Both the position numbers and the translations under genes were made by a program. A stretch of 64,000 nt of DNA from an uncultured Candidatus Peribacteria bacterium (GTDB taxonomy: Bacteria; Patescibacteriota; Gracilibacteria; Peribacterales; Peribacteraceae): the NCBI GenBank assembly GCA_964597665.1, contig CAZQYX010000002.1:12723-76722 (forward strand), read 5' to 3'. Of the stretch, positions 62,240 through 64,000 are shown piece after piece. Position 1 is the stretch's first letter. Every line of letters begins with the position of its first letter. The notes under the pieces are model-generated. The model did not search any database. It had not been told where the DNA came from and saw only the letters and a program-made list of their open reading frames with translations.

Positions 62240-62363
62240 ACAGCCCTCATCCCCGTCCCTTCTCCAGATTCTGGAGAAGGGTGCGCAGCTATTTTTGATT
62301 ACGGACATTCTCTCTCCGGAACGCCGGAGAGAGATGTCGCCGCAGCGACAGAGTGAGGGCCGT
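62240..62363. repeat. multi-hairpin repeat element, copy R2
   Basis: Same architecture and core as 44093-44224. Hairpin 1 differs by paired (compensatory) changes. Confidence 0.8.
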
Positions 62364-62388
62364 TTGCGGAGCAATTATCAGTGATTTT

Positions 62389-63063
62389 TTATCGAATTCC
62401 CTCCAACACAATCACAAACTCCCCCTTCACTGTCATCGTCTGAATTTCTTTCTCTAGAGAGGAAATAGTTGTATAAATAATTTGTTCATGAAGCTTTGTA
62501 AGCTCTCTCGCAATGACAGCCACTCGCTCAGGTTGATCTTGAAGAACAGTCCCAAGTTCTGACAACGTTTTTTGTATCCGATGGGGTGATTCATAGAACA
62601 CAATCGTCCGCTCTTCTTCTTTGAATGTCTCAAGCAGTGTTTTTCTTCCTTTCTTGAGCGGCAGAAATCCAAGGTACAAAAATTGATTGATCGGAAGACC
62701 GCTCGCAGACAGTGCGACGAGAAAAGCCGACGGTCCGGGCAGTGCTTCGATGTGTAGCCCTGCAGCGCGAACGCGCGAAACGACGATGTATCCAGGATCC
62801 GAAATCCCCGGGGTTCCCGCATCGGACACAAGACACAGATGTTCGTCTTTTTGCAGTCTCTGAATAATGTAGTCCGCTTTTCCGGCATCCGTGTAGCCGT
62901 GAAATGAAATAAATTCTTTTTTAGGAAGTTCTAGTAACTTGAGAAGTTGTCCCGTTACGCGCGTGTCTTCGCAAATAATCGCATCGCAAGCAGCGAGCGT
63001 TTCTTTTGCTCGGATCGTGATATCGCGAAGATTTCCGATGGGGGTGGGGATGATTGAGAGCAT
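62389..63063 (-). CDS. rsmI: 16S rRNA (cytidine1402-2'-O)-methyltransferase
   Basis: IIPTPIGNLRDIT, CEDTR, SDAGTPGISDPG. 224 aa. Confidence 0.9.
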   Translation of the reverse strand: MLSIIPTPIGNLRDITIRAKETLAACDAIICEDTRVTGQLLKLLELPKKEFISFHGYTDAGKADYIIQRLQKDEHLCLVSDAGTPGISDPGYIVVSRVRAAGLHIEALPGPSAFLVALSASGLPINQFLYLGFLPLKKGRKTLLETFKEEERTIVFYESPHRIQKTLSELGTVLQDQPERVAVIARELTKLHEQIIYTTISSLEKEIQTMTVKGEFVIVLEGIR

Positions 63064-63100
63064 GTTTGTATGATAACACTGTGCATTCTTCGGTACTTAC

Positions 63101-63547
63101 TTAGTTACCTAGGCCTTCCAGAATGGTGCGAGTTGTCGCAGTTAGTTCAGCGACATTAGTCGTTGGATTTTTTGCTGCGGCCTGTTCACGTAAATTTTGA
63201 ATGACGCCTGCGCATGCCATTAAGAAAAGTTCATCAAACCGTTCCGAGAGTGCCAATTGTAAGGCCATTGTTTCGCCTTGTACTTCTGCTGGCGTTCTTT
63301 CAATAGTTACCTGAGTGAGCATCCCTGTGATTTCAGCACTGGTTATTGGAGATCCGAAAAGTTCCATGCATTTCATGAGCGATTCACCCAGTAGCGTTTC
63401 CAATTCACTATCATCTATAGAATCAGGCTTCTGACTCGCCGCACATCGATAGTACTCATTTGCATACCTTCCAGCAGTTTCTTTCACATTTTGCAGTGCT
63501 TCTGTAACGGATTCAGGTGCCGACTTTTGTTCAATTGCTTCATCCAT
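63101..63547 (-). CDS. hypothetical protein (148 aa)
   Basis: Clean ORF. No family recognised. Confidence 0.5.
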   Translation of the reverse strand: MDEAIEQKSAPESVTEALQNVKETAGRYANEYYRCAASQKPDSIDDSELETLLGESLMKCMELFGSPITSAEITGMLTQVTIERTPAEVQGETMALQLALSERFDELFLMACAGVIQNLREQAAAKNPTTNVAELTATTRTILEGLGN

Positions 63548-63636
63548 AGTAGACTGATTTTAAGTTTATTTCTTCATATGTCAAGTGTAGCCTTCCTCCT
63601 TATTCTGCTACTCTCCTCGCGTTCCAAATTTGATGA

Positions 63637-64000
<364 letters not shown>

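Overview
The window reads as a chromosomal segment from a small-genome bacterium that uses the standard genetic code. On gene content it looks CPR/Patescibacteria-like, but that is inference only. I support about 62 protein-coding genes, 3 tRNAs (Glu-UUC, Cys-GCA, Ala-UGC) and no rRNA, CRISPR array, integrase or transposase. The housekeeping backbone is glnA, pcrA/uvrD, rpsO, pnp, valS, lexA-dinB, rplJ-rplL, a RelA/SpoT homologue, tig, secF, trxA, pgi, ruvA, rsmA, rsmI and the 5' end of gyrA. Six things stand out. (1) An AT-rich three-gene cassette sits directly at the 3' end of tRNA-Glu (10565-12828). It encodes two restriction-endonuclease-fold (DUF4365-like) proteins and a 383-aa orphan, and it is my best candidate for an undescribed defence-type system. 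(2) A 333-aa protein with about 42 cysteines in CxxC ladders and an internal duplication is translationally coupled to a zinc-ribbon protein and lies divergent from a TrmB regulator. (3) Several families of intergenic inverted repeats have arms built from short degenerate periodic units (AATTCCAAA, GGTAGGTT, ATTGAGAAT and GTAGTAAG types). One half-copy is embedded in frame in a coding sequence. (4) A roughly 130-nt multi-hairpin element occurs in two copies with compensatory stem changes. (5) Two archaeal-type PurP (FAICAR synthetase) paralogues lie in tandem. (6) Two DinJ/RelB-YafQ/RelE toxin-antitoxin pairs are present, one wedged into the rpsO-pnp unit. There is also an unassigned GC-rich structured region of about 300 nt. 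Many long ORFs in the supplied track are antisense shadows, or N-terminal extensions that read through these repeats. All family assignments come from reading motifs by eye and no searches were run.
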